Source of the DNA: Octopus sinensis
Lineage: Eukaryota
Assembly (NCBI RefSeq): GCF_006345805.1
Contig: NW_021836602.1
Coordinates: 1 to 23,512, forward strand
Reading direction: 5' to 3'
Length of the DNA stretch: 23,512 bases
The notes under the pieces were generated by a model. That model was not told the origin of the DNA and did no database searches. It was given only the letters and a program-made list of their open reading frames with translations. The translations under genes were made by a program, and so were the position numbers. Positions 10,881 to 20,484 of the stretch are shown here, in pieces (positions within the stretch are counted from its first letter, which is position 1; every line of letters begins with the position of its first letter).

Positions 10881-11519
10881 ACACATAACAATTTAAATCA
10901 GAACAACTAAAATTTAAGTATTACACCTCACTGGGAATTAAAGAAGCATGCAAACACATTCTTTCTATGTTGCTGATGTGCAGAAAAAAGGAGTAAGTTT
11001 CTTGACAAAGTGTTTTATGGTTTATTGATCACTCTTCAGAAAAGACATACTCAGCTTCCTTTCCTGGCCAATACCACAGGTCAGCTGCTGTGTAAAGAAA
11101 TCATGAAGTGGTGTAGCACATTACTAGACACCCTAATTTGCATACTTGTGCTTTTGACTGACTTGTCATTAATTAAATAATGTCTATTTTATGCACAGCA
11201 CTGTAAATTAGAACTGAAATAGTTAAGATACTTCACAGCCCTACTGTGAGTGAGTTAAGAATGTAAATTCAATCTTAAGACTTTGTATTTTGTCAGACAA
11301 AAGTCTAAACATTGCTCAATACACAATTATATTTCTTTCAAACTTGCTCTTGAATAGGATTGACCATGCAAAGTACATTAAACATTGAGATTTGTGATTA
11401 AATTTGCATACATTACATTTATGCATATGTTTCAGCATTGGAAAATTGCTTATGGTCTTTTATATATACACTTCTACACTCCAACATGTGTATATCTGTA
11501 TGTGTGTGTGTCAGATGTA

Positions 11520-13425
11520 CAGGGTAGAGCAGAGAGGACAGAATATTTTTGAAAAATTCACAAAATCATTAATTTTTGCTGCAAACAAATGTTATTGACA
11601 TCAGTGTATTCATATTCAATTAGTTTTTGTCAAAATCAGATGTGGAAAACAGCATCCATCCTGTGGTATCCATTTTCATTGATGCATTTCTGAAGGCATT
11701 CTTGGAGATTGGCCTCCACTCTCTCCAGCATTGCTCTGTTGATTTGGGTGACTTCCACGCAGATAGCTTCCTTCATATTGTACAGGGCTTATGCACATAC
11801 AGATGTGCCTTGAGGTTTCCTCACAAGAAAAAAATCAGACATGGAGAAATCAGGGGACCAAGGAGGCCAAGGAATGTCAGCAGACCTGGAAATAAGGTGG
11901 TCAGTGGAGAGAGGGCAAAGAACATACATTGATGCTCTGGCTGTGTGGAGCATCACCCCATCCTGCTCACACCACACACACATTAAAGAGGCATACGTTT
12001 TCATAATAATTTAGGCACAAAGAAGTTGTTTATCATCTCAATGTAATGCTTGGAATTCACAGTAACTGCATTTTCATTATTGCCTTCAAAAAGAACCAAT
12101 GATGGCAGCTTTTCCAACAGCACACCAGACTGTCACTTTTGGGCTGCACAGCGGTCTTTCATGTTGTTCTCTCAGATTTTCATGAGCCCAATAACGACAG
12201 TTCTGTTGGTTCACCATGCAAATGAGATGAAAATGAGCTTCATCACTCATTAACAAAATGAGGTTGTCATTTGCCTCAAAAATTGCTTCCATCTGACATG
12301 CAAAGTTAAGCTGCTGTGCAGAGTCCCATGGTTTCAACTGCCGTCCAGTGACTAACTTTTACAGGTGGAAATGCAGGTCTTCATGCGAAATATGCCTTAT
12401 CAGTCAAATACCAATGCCAAGTTCCGTGGAATGCCCACAAGCAGAGCGATTTTGACCCCATATTCAAGTTTGTCTGACATAGTAAAGATTGTTTGCCAAC
12501 ATAACATGGCAGTCCTGGTTTAGGATGAACGTTGCTGTAATTTGGCCCCAGGAGTCATTGTTTCCAGCTGGCTATATGACATGATCAGTGTCCTTATATT
12601 TTCGACCAAGGGAATTTAGCACCCTCACTCAGCTCAAAACAATATCTGTGTATTGTGATTTTCTGGTTATATTCCTTCATCAGCTCAGAAGAATTGTTCG
12701 GCTAGAGGTGGTACTGCCAAATTCCCATTTGAAATATATAGTTTTCAAAGTGACAACTAGTCACTGATCTATAAACTAGAAAATTACTTTTTTTTTTACT
12801 TTTCTGTACTGATGAAGGGAAATAACCTGGAAATCGCGATACACAGATATTGTTTTTGTGCTGAGTGGGAGTGCTAGATTCTTTTGTTTGAAAATATAAG
12901 GACACAGATCGTGTCGTATAACCAGCTGGAGACGAGGTCTCCTGGGGCTAAATTACAGCAACATTTGTCCTAAACCAGGACTGCCATGTTATGTTGGCAA
13001 ACAATCTTTACTACAAAGTACTGTTGCTGAATATCTCTTGTTGTGAGATTTTTAAAAAAAATAGTAATTTGTCTGACATGTTCCACATTTTCCGAGGTCC
13101 ATACCATTTATGGCACTTTCACCAGTCTCCTATTCATTAGTGTACCTCATGTACGAAGTGTATTCACCCAGTCTGATTTCAGTGAATGTTGAAGTGGCGC
13201 CAAAATTCATGCTGAGCTGCTGTGACAGATTCATTATTCATCAGGTAACTGTCATAGGCAAACAAACCATGCTCTATTGTCCACAGTACCATGGCTTCAC
13301 CTGAAAAGAAAAAGAAAATGCTATGATACCATGGACTGAATGGTACCTGTTGGACGTATGTCTCTTCCCCTGTGGTTGAGGTAATAGCCATTTCAAAAAC
13401 GTTCATCCCTCTCTGCCCCACTCTG
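11520..13425 (-). mobile_element. Full-length decayed Tc1/mariner element, DD41D (rosa/Visitor) type
   Basis: TA TSDs at 11518-11519 and 13426-13427. TIRs of ~34 bp, CAGGGTAGAGCAGAGAGG... and CAGAGTGGGGCAGAGAGG... (8 mismatches). Minus-strand transposase remnants: YDSYLMNNESVTA.Q.EF.RHFN, MSDEAHFHL..VNQQNCRYWA.EN, and QDG-(41 aa counted)-DFF. Confidence 0.92.
12481..13067. mobile_element. Foldback/MITE insertion (~210-bp inverted arms) inside the mariner transposase
   Basis: 12480-12690 is the reverse complement of 12802-13013, with scattered mismatches. The whole insert is flanked by the direct repeat TTTGTCTGACAT (12469-12480 and 13068-13079). The mariner frame (ENVEHVRQ...RSA..HSTELGI) joins across it. 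Confidence 0.88.
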
Positions 13426-13439
13426 TATATGTTAGATAT

Positions 13440-13582
13440 GGATGAATGGTTAAGAAGTTTGCCTCACAATCAGTAGGTCTTAGGTTCAGTCTCATTGAAT
13501 AGCACCTTAAGATAAGTGTCTTCTGCTACAATAAACCTGTATTGAGCCAAGCTCTCATTGTAATTGGGTAGGCAGAAACTGT
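13440..13582 (+). mobile_element. tRNA-derived SINE 5' fragment
   Basis: A-box-like TGGTTAAG and B-box-like GGTTCAGTCTC, then gcaccttaagataagtgtcttct...gtaggcagaaactg. Confidence 0.65.
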
Positions 13583-13787
13583 GTTATTCAACTTAAGTTT
13601 CAATCTTGCAATTTCTTCAGGAATATCACATTATTCCTGGAGAAGTCACAATTTTGAAACTTAAATCGAATAACTCCAAATTAAAGTGTCATTTGTTATT
13701 TTATTTTATGACACACATGCACATATGTAGTATGTAGATATATGTAGCATGCTAAAATATCTGTATTGTTTATTTTTAAATGTTCAG

Positions 13788-13948
13788 CTGAAAGTGTCAT
13801 GCGAGAGAACAGTATTAAGAGTCAATATGAGAGTCGTATTAACAACCTTGAGAGAGAGCTGGAAGAAGCAAGACGAGCTGTTAGTGCTGCTCCAGCTGCC
13901 GGTGACTTAAAACAGATCCAGAAAGAAAATGCTGAACTACAAGCTAAG
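13788..13948 (+). CDS. TPR: TPR coding exon D: ESVMRENSIKSQYESRINNLERELEEARR...ELQAK
   Basis: tgttcAG acceptor, GTtact donor. 161 nt, phase 1-0 keeps the frame. KSQYESRINNLEREL matches the TPR hallmark KSQYEGRISRLEREL. Confidence 0.96.
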
Positions 13949-14158
13949 GTTACTCTGTTTAATTCTGTTATTTTTCCTTAATTTTATCCAGTATGTATTG
14001 ATGGTCCTTCCAGGATCCCTTTCTCTCATCTTTTGTCCCTCTACCTATCTGTATAACTCTTTTTCAGTCCCCTTTTATCTTCCTTACACTCCATATATTT
14101 CTTTTTTACGATGTCCACCGCTTCATTCTAATTCAATGTACAGTTTTTGTTCCTGCAG

Positions 14159-14253
14159 GTGCAACAAATCCAAAAGCAACTGGAGGTGAAACAGAAACAG
14201 CAACCACCATCATCGAGAACAACAACACCTGCTGCATCTGCTGATAGACTTAG
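14159..14253 (+). CDS. TPR: TPR coding exon E: VQQIQKQLEVKQKQQPPSSRTTTPAASADRL
   Basis: tcctgcAG acceptor after a pyrimidine-rich 210-nt intron, GTaaca donor. 95 nt, phase 0-2, in frame with both neighbours. Confidence 0.88.
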
Positions 14254-15513
14254 GTAACATCAATTACTCTCATATTGTTTCTCTTTTGGTGGTAGTGATG
14301 CTTTCAAGTTAAGAACTTTGAAAAGAACTTGATTCTTAGAGGAATTACTCATTCCTTCAGTGTAGGAAGAGCCTGTGAAGGAACTCTGAATGGCAGTACA
14401 ACTTTTCTTCAAACCAATTAATTAATAGAAAACAAGTTTATTATTGGAATGTTGTAACAGTAGTAGCAGTAGCAGCAGCACATAGTTATTATGGGTTGCA
14501 ACCTATCTATGCCAAATTCTACATTCTGAACTCCCATGTTTTACAAGCTTGATAGGCTAAACTCCCCCCTGTTCGGAGACCCTACTGTAGTTTTCACTTT
14601 ATAATTGTTTAGGCCAGGGGGTTGCCAAAGGAGGTCTGAGGGATCCCCTACGGGCCAGTGAGAAATAACAGGGAGTCGATGATAGCCAAGGGGTCCAATG
14701 GGGGTTGGCATGCTAAAGACCAGCTCACCCAGATGAACTACTTGAATACTTAGTCAGCGCCCATCCCACACATTCATGTTGCCAATTTCAATAAAAGATA
14801 TTCCAGCAATATAATGTGTTCTTTACATTTTCTAACCATGAAAACAATTTCATTATAATTGGGAGTTTAATACTGTATCCTTGTAAGGGTAGTTTTAAAT
14901 GTAAAAAGTGTGTCATCTTCAATAGAATTTCTTAATTTGTTGTACATGTATATTTTAGCTAACATTTTAATTGCCACCATCAGTACCTGGTTTGCATTTA
15001 AGATATGGTACAGTAGGGTATTAAGATATTTTAAATGAGGAAGGTGGTCAATGCGAAAGGACAAGTGGCTAAATGTGGTTGATGGTCAAAAACGTTTGGT
15101 GGCTCCTGATTTAGGCCAATAGTGCAGAGCCTGTTACAAGTGTGCTGTGTTTAGCAGAAAGTTGGTTGGGAAAAATGAGATAGTATCTAATCTGCTATTT
15201 GGATAAAAAAGAAGTGTCTTTATTATGACAATTATGAGTTTTATTGTGTTCAAGAAAGTCTATTGGCCTGGGCATATAATCATTTTATAAGGTAAGTACT
15301 TAGATACATAAAAGTATATACTTTTATTTTTCGCTACTGATATTATATGCATTTGCTGACATTAGAGTAGGGGACATGAGGGACAAGCTTGAGTCGTAGA
15401 AGTGACTAATGAAACAAGTTGGCTCATATTTTAGGATGTATGAATACAGGGATAAGTAATAAGGAAAACTAGGAGCTAAATCCTAGTCAATTAAAATGAA
15501 GTAAGCACCAATA

Positions 15514-16072
15514 AGGTGCAGGTATGGCTGTGGTTAAGAAGTTTGCTTCTAAACCACACAGTGTGGCTTTTGGGGCAAATGTTTTCTAATATATATTTCT
15601 TTAATGCTCACAGGGGGCTAAACATAGAGTGGACAAAGGAATTGTCGATTGTATCAACCCCAGTCTGTAATTGGTACTTATTTAATCAACCCTGAAAGGA
15701 TGAAAAGCAAAGTCAACCTAGGCAGAATTTGAACTCAGAACATAATGGCAGACGAAATACCACTAAGCATTTCGCCTGGCTTGCTAACAATTTTGTCAGC
15801 TCACCACCCTATGTTTTCTAATGTAGCCTTGAGCTAACCTAAGCCATGTGAGTAGATTTGGTAGACAGAAACTGAAAGAAGCTTATGTGTGTTTGTGCCT
15901 CTTTGTCTTGACATCACATGATAGTTGTAAACAAGCATCATTGTTATACAAATGGCATCCTTTGTTTCGATCCTTCTGTGAAAACATATCTAGTCAGGAG
16001 GAAATATTACTTTGCTTGGAAACAGGTGAGGGTTGGTGGCATGAAGAGTATCCTGCCATAGAAAATCTACCT
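15514..16072 (+). mobile_element. tRNA-derived SINE interrupted by a nested second SINE
   Basis: Head aggtgcaggtatggctgtggttaagaagtttgct. The body resumes at 15823 with gtagccttgagc...gatttggtagacagaaactgaaagaagc...ggaaacaggtgagggttgg...gtagaaaatct-like tail. Confidence 0.65.
15591..15810 (-). mobile_element. Nested tRNA-derived SINE, 220 bp, with 12-bp TSD
   Basis: TSD ATGTTTTCTAAT at 15579-15590 and 15811-15822. The minus strand reads ggtggtgagctgaca...gagttcaaattctgcc (B box)...ctttgcttttcatcctttcagggttgattaaataagtacc, with an AT tail. Confidence 0.85.
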
Positions 16073-16269
16073 CTACTGGAAGTATTTATTGATTACATAG
16101 TGTACTTACTGTTTAAAATATGTATTGGTTATACAGTTTGTGTACTGTTTAAAGTACTTAGAGTACTTATACAAAGTACTGACTGCTTAAAACAGTCACC
16201 TATACTTCTTAGTCAGTGTTGGATGTCTTTGGTAGGGACCATGTATTGCACAAGCCAACTAGGAAGCTT

Positions 16270-16452
16270 TGACGTGCTAGAAATAGCAGTTCAGTCTCTC
16301 AAATTAAGGACCTTCACCTTCAACAATTGAGCATACATCAGATAATGTACTCCAGATACCCTCCTTAAAAGGCAGGGTGATCATGACTGAAATGTACTTG
16401 ATCATAGACCTACTCAATCAGGATTGGAATGACCTACGACTAAATGACAATA
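16270..16452 (+). mobile_element. SINE 3' fragment
   Basis: gtgctagaaatagcag...gataatgta...gatcatagacctactcaatcagg...ctaaatgacaa, recognised from memory as an octopus SINE tail. Confidence 0.4.
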
Positions 16453-16640
16453 GCGTAGGACTGGTGACAGGCTATGAATTCTCACTCCCTTTTCTTTCAT
16501 CAGACACTGACACCTCCCCTCATTTTCACACCCTTATAGTTCTCTACTTGTATGTTAGGTAATTATTTGTTGAGTGGATAGAACAAATGTTATTGAATTT
16601 CACTCGAAATAAATGTTTTGTTTGTAATTACCATTTTTAG

Positions 16641-16873
16641 CCTCCCTGTGGGTGAAGCTCCTAAGATGGCCAACATAAGGCCAATGACCTCAACAACACC
16701 AGCTCCTGTGAGGCAGACAGCTGTCCAGCATGCATCTGCTGCTGCTGCTGCAAAAGCAACTGCAAGTATAAAACCCATGGCAATTGCTTCCACCACAGCT
16801 AGTCCAGTTTCTGCCACAACACCAACAGCCACTGTTATGCCAACCACCATTACAGCTCAAGAACCTCATGATG
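16641..16873 (+). CDS. TPR: TPR coding exon F, start of disordered tail: LPVGEAPKMANIRPM...ASIKPM...PTATVMPTTITAQEPHD
   Basis: ccatttttAG acceptor, GTaaat donor. 233 nt, phase 2-1. ASIKPM and TTPTATVMPTT match the vertebrate TPR motifs ASIRPM and TTPTATVMPTT. Confidence 0.95.
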
Positions 16874-17409
16874 GTAAATATTCTTTACAAATGAAATGTT
16901 CTTTTACTCTTCCTATTTTTTCTCTTTCATTCTTCTTAAGCCTCTTTCTCTCTCAGCAACACATCTCCTTTCTCTTATTTCATTATCTGACTTTGCATGT
17001 CATCATTATAGTATTTATGAAATTTAGTACCACCAAGTAATGGAGTTGAACTGATTGAGTGAATTTCTTCCCACTAAAAATCTCTGGCTTTGGATCTGTG
17101 TTAGAAATCATTTTTATTATTACACCTGAGCCGACCATTCTGTGGAGCTTATACAAATGTTCTCACAGAAAAGACAAGGCAAGAGTTTACTCTAATTGAG
17201 AAGAGAGTTATTACACTGGAAAGAAAACTGGGTGACAGCTATCTGTAGAACATATTGGTTGATGTGGTTCAAATAAAAGGCAAATCAATGAAACTATTAA
17301 AATGGTGAGTTTTCTGATTGTCTTTTTTTTTTTATCCACATATTTCTGTGAACAGCCAAATCATTGGTTCACAGCATTTCTAGTGGTAAGAATCACAAAG
17401 AAGAGTCTT

Positions 17410-17475
17410 TGCCATTTGGTCAAACCTAGAACCATGTGGTTGTGAAGAAAACTTAACTGCACAGTCATAGCATGT
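17410..17475 (-). mobile_element. SINE tRNA-like head, antisense
   Basis: aacctagaaccatgtggttgtgaagaaaactt...cacagtcat is the reverse complement of the head type at 15514. Confidence 0.5.
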
Positions 17476-17899
17476 TGTAGGTTCAATTCCAGCTGAACAC
17501 GTTTTGTTTTTTATAGTGTTAGTCTTAATTTTTACATTTCTTTAATTTCATTCCTTGGGTCAGCATTGATCCAGTGATGAGTGTAGTATAACAATAAAAC
17601 AGGTTCAATGAATATTGGCTTCTGAGATTCTGTCAGTCACCTATTATACATTAATGAAAAATTAGTTTTAGGTTCTCTGTGATAAACTAACACCCTAGCT
17701 AGGGGTACATTTCTCTTGCTATCTAAGGTCTTCAGAGGCTGAAGTCATGTGCAGTGTACATATTGTTTGAGAAAAGAATGTACTTTTGTGTCAGCTCTCT
17801 GTAATTCTTATGATCCTAACCAATTTAAAGGTTGAATTTGAAAGAGAAGAGTAACAAAGAAACATATACGTCATTTAATGTTCATATTCCATGCCAGTT

Positions 17900-18235
17900 T
17901 GGGTTGGATGGTTTTACAGGATCCAGTGAACCAAAGTACTGAGTGGGGTGGTGTTGTGTTGAAGGAGCTGGTTTTCTGCCAGATGCTGAGAGGTTAAAAG
18001 CATGATAGGAAGACTTGAATAGGTGTCTTGTTGCAGAGGAGCTACATGGATATCTTAACAAGAAAGGGAGAAAGGATGGTGGAGATGAGGCATCAGGATG
18101 TGCCCTCCTGGTACAAGTTGTTTTATAGAGAGAGAATAGGGATAGAGGATTAAAGATGAATAGGTTTGTAGAAGTCTGAAAGGTGAGTGACTGGCATAGA
18201 AATGAGCTAATCTGTAAAACCTTGAGAATATAATC
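17900..18235 (-). mobile_element. Interspersed repeat, probably an RTE LINE 3' UTR fragment
   Basis: Minus strand cttgtacc...catgtagctcctctgcaacaagacacct..., recognised from memory. Purine-rich plus strand, as at 3405-3735. Confidence 0.35.
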
Positions 18236-18952
18236 TGAGAAGTTTATATTCTCAAATTTTTTTTATCTTCAGTTGTATCTATCCTTTTTGTGTGATGTTT
18301 ATTGATAGCAGGATAGGAAAATGGAAGTAGCATATGTTGATTTCATTATTTAGTAGCAGTAGTGGTACTGGTTGTGGTGGTGACTCAATGTAGAGCTAAA
18401 TGAGACATAATCAAAATGGATCAATTAATTGTTCATGAAGTTGAGAGTCTGCATCATTGCATATTCTTATAATTGAAGCAGATATGAATATTTAACACCA
18501 TACAGATGTTACAGGTTTGTTTTAGGCTTGCAATTACTTCCTAGCTCTTTAATAGTTTTTATCTTATATTTTTGTTGGTGGGAGTAGATTCCTTATCACA
18601 AAGAGTTTCTGATATAAAAAAATATGAGCCCTTCATGTAAGGGGGGAGACTCACATTTAATCACTTTTTTATAAAATGTGCCACAAATCAGAATCCAACA
18701 ACATTGAGTTGGATTCTTGAAAGCTCCAATGGTCCTGTTTATGGTAGGCAGAACAATGAATTAATGCTTGCAACAGTATCTCTATTTTTTAATAAATTAA
18801 AATAGTAACAAAAAAAATCTGCTGTCATCTCTCTATCATTTGTCAAAATGCTCCTGGTCTGTATTATTTAGCTGTATGACTGAAATGTCTTTGAGTTGCA
18901 GTCTCTTGTACTAATTTCAAGTTTGTTTTAAATAATGTCTTTTATTGCTCAG

Positions 18953-19069
18953 GTGTTACAGATAGTCCCCCTTCAGCCATTAATCAACTTAGTAGTACAT
19001 CAGTGCCTTTGACTAATCGACCAGTTCAGCAGATCCAGCGTGTTACTCCTCAAATTGAGTTGATGCAAG
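18953..19069 (+). CDS. TPR: TPR coding exon G: VTDSPPSAINQLSSTSVPLTNRPVQQIQRVTPQIELMQ
   Basis: ttgctcAG acceptor, GTaagt donor. 117 nt, phase 1-1, open and frame-preserving. Confidence 0.85.
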
Positions 19070-19338
19070 GTAAGTGTATTGATGGTGACTGTTGACAAGT
19101 AAATAAAAAAATAAAAAGATTCACTCTATTTCTCTCTCTAAATTTTATATAGCTTCTTGACTTTTCTTTTACCTTTTGAATTAAATACTTACTTTTCTTG
19201 TATACTTTTCTTAAATACTTTCTTTCTTGCATGAGTTTATTAAAAATTTTAAAGATCTTTATTCTTGATTAAACATATTGGCCTCTTTGCCATCTCAGTA
19301 TACTCTCTCTTGCTTTGTTTTATTTCCACTTCCTGTAG

Positions 19339-19654
19339 AGTCTCCTTTATCTGTAACACCAACGTCAGTTGCACCAATTCAGCAGGTGGATGTGGAATAT
19401 CCTTCAATGTTGGTGATAGCAAGTACTTCTACTGTGACATCAACACCTGGTTCAGTTGTTTTAGTATCTTCATCCTCAAGCACTTCCACTAACTCCTCAC
19501 TCTCTGTCACTTCGAACTTGAGCAGTCAAGAAGGGGAAGGCAGCGATATTCAACAATCAGCTGTTTCTGCAGGGAATGGCCAGAGTCAATCCCAACACTC
19601 ACAAGCATCAGCGTCTCAGTCTACCATTAAAAGAACACGAGAGGATGTTGAAGC
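19339..19654 (+). CDS. TPR: TPR coding exon H, S/T/Q-rich, ends TIKRTREDVEA
   Basis: cttcctgtAG acceptor, GTatgt donor. 316 nt, phase 1-2. KRTRED corresponds to TPR KRTREE in the NLS region. Confidence 0.92.
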
Positions 19655-19872
19655 GTATGTACTTACTTTTGTTAGTCTCATTTAGCCAAGTTAATTACTG
19701 TGACAGCTCATTAACTAAAGGATTATTATGGAGTCATAAACTCCCATGGAAAGTTTCTGGTAAAGATTCTTAATATCTCACTTTCTCTTGAAATAGTTAC
19801 TGTGGAATCGGTATACATTTCTACTATCAGTAACTGTTGTGTTAATTATCTATGGAATTAAAATCTTTCTAC

Positions 19873-19938
19873 AAGTCTGAAGAAAGCTGTAACACACTAT
19901 TCTGTAAGTCTGAAGAAAGCTGTAACACACTATTCTGT
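19873..19938. repeat. Perfect 2 x 33-bp tandem duplication
   Basis: AAGTCTGAAGAAAGCTGTAACACACTATTCTGT at 19873-19905 and 19906-19938. Confidence 0.97.
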
Positions 19939-20125
19939 TGCCTTATATGAAGGTCTTCACTGGTGCCACAATAATTGACTTTGTTCTGGGACATTATCAA
20001 TTAATTCTGCAACCGTTTTATGTATATAATAGAGCAATATTTAATGGGTGGGCTATTGTTCTACAACTATTATCACTTATTGATCATCAAAAACCTTGAC
20101 TTTATTTTCAACTCTCTTCTTTCAG

Positions 20126-20168
20126 ACAAGAAGATAACAGTCAAGTAAAACGCTCAAAAACAAATCAA
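20126..20168 (+). CDS. TPR: TPR coding exon I (43 nt): QEDNSQVKRSKTNQ
   Basis: ctctcttctttcAG acceptor, consensus GTAAGT donor. Phase 2-0 exactly bridges exons H and J. Confidence 0.85.
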
Positions 20169-20391
20169 GTAAGTCTACCCCTTTTGTTTATTTTTTATTT
20201 ATTTTTTATTTCTTCTCTCTCAAATTATTTCAGATTCTTTGGTTTCCATTTAAAATACTTTTCTATCACAGGTATATAGAAATTGTTTTTTTTTTTCCTT
20301 TTCTTTATCATTTATTCTTTTGGCCCTGACAACTGAGATTACTAAAGTAGATGTGTGGCACACTAATCTCAATTTTAAAATGATATTTCAG

Positions 20392-20484
20392 GTCCCCTCT
20401 GCTAGTTCTATACCTGTGATTACTGTAACTGATGGCCAAAATCATACCATTATTTTAGAATCTGGTGATTCTCAGAAAGGACAG
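20392..20484 (+). CDS. TPR: TPR coding exon J (last seen in window): VPSASSIPVITVTDGQNHTIILESGDSQKGQ
   Basis: atatttcAG acceptor, GTaagc donor. 93 nt, phase 0-0. The gene continues beyond the window. Confidence 0.82.

Noticed and set aside
12480-13013. Apparent asymmetric CpG loss between the foldback arms
   Set aside because: Only about five versus two sites, too few to interpret.
13440-13500. tRNA gene
   Set aside because: A/B-box-like motifs are present, but there is no cloverleaf and the sequence continues into a SINE body.
14615-14720. hAT-MITE-like start caggggttgccaaag
   Set aside because: No matching right end or TSD was found.
15848-16330. 160-aa ORF, also 3403-3789, 3791-4261 and 5239-5691
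   Set aside because: They run through SINE or LINE remnants in non-coding frames and have no recognisable domain.
16590-16850. Minus-strand V/A-rich ORF (also 10406-10612)
   Set aside because: Antisense shadows of TPR exons F and C, with no independent evidence.
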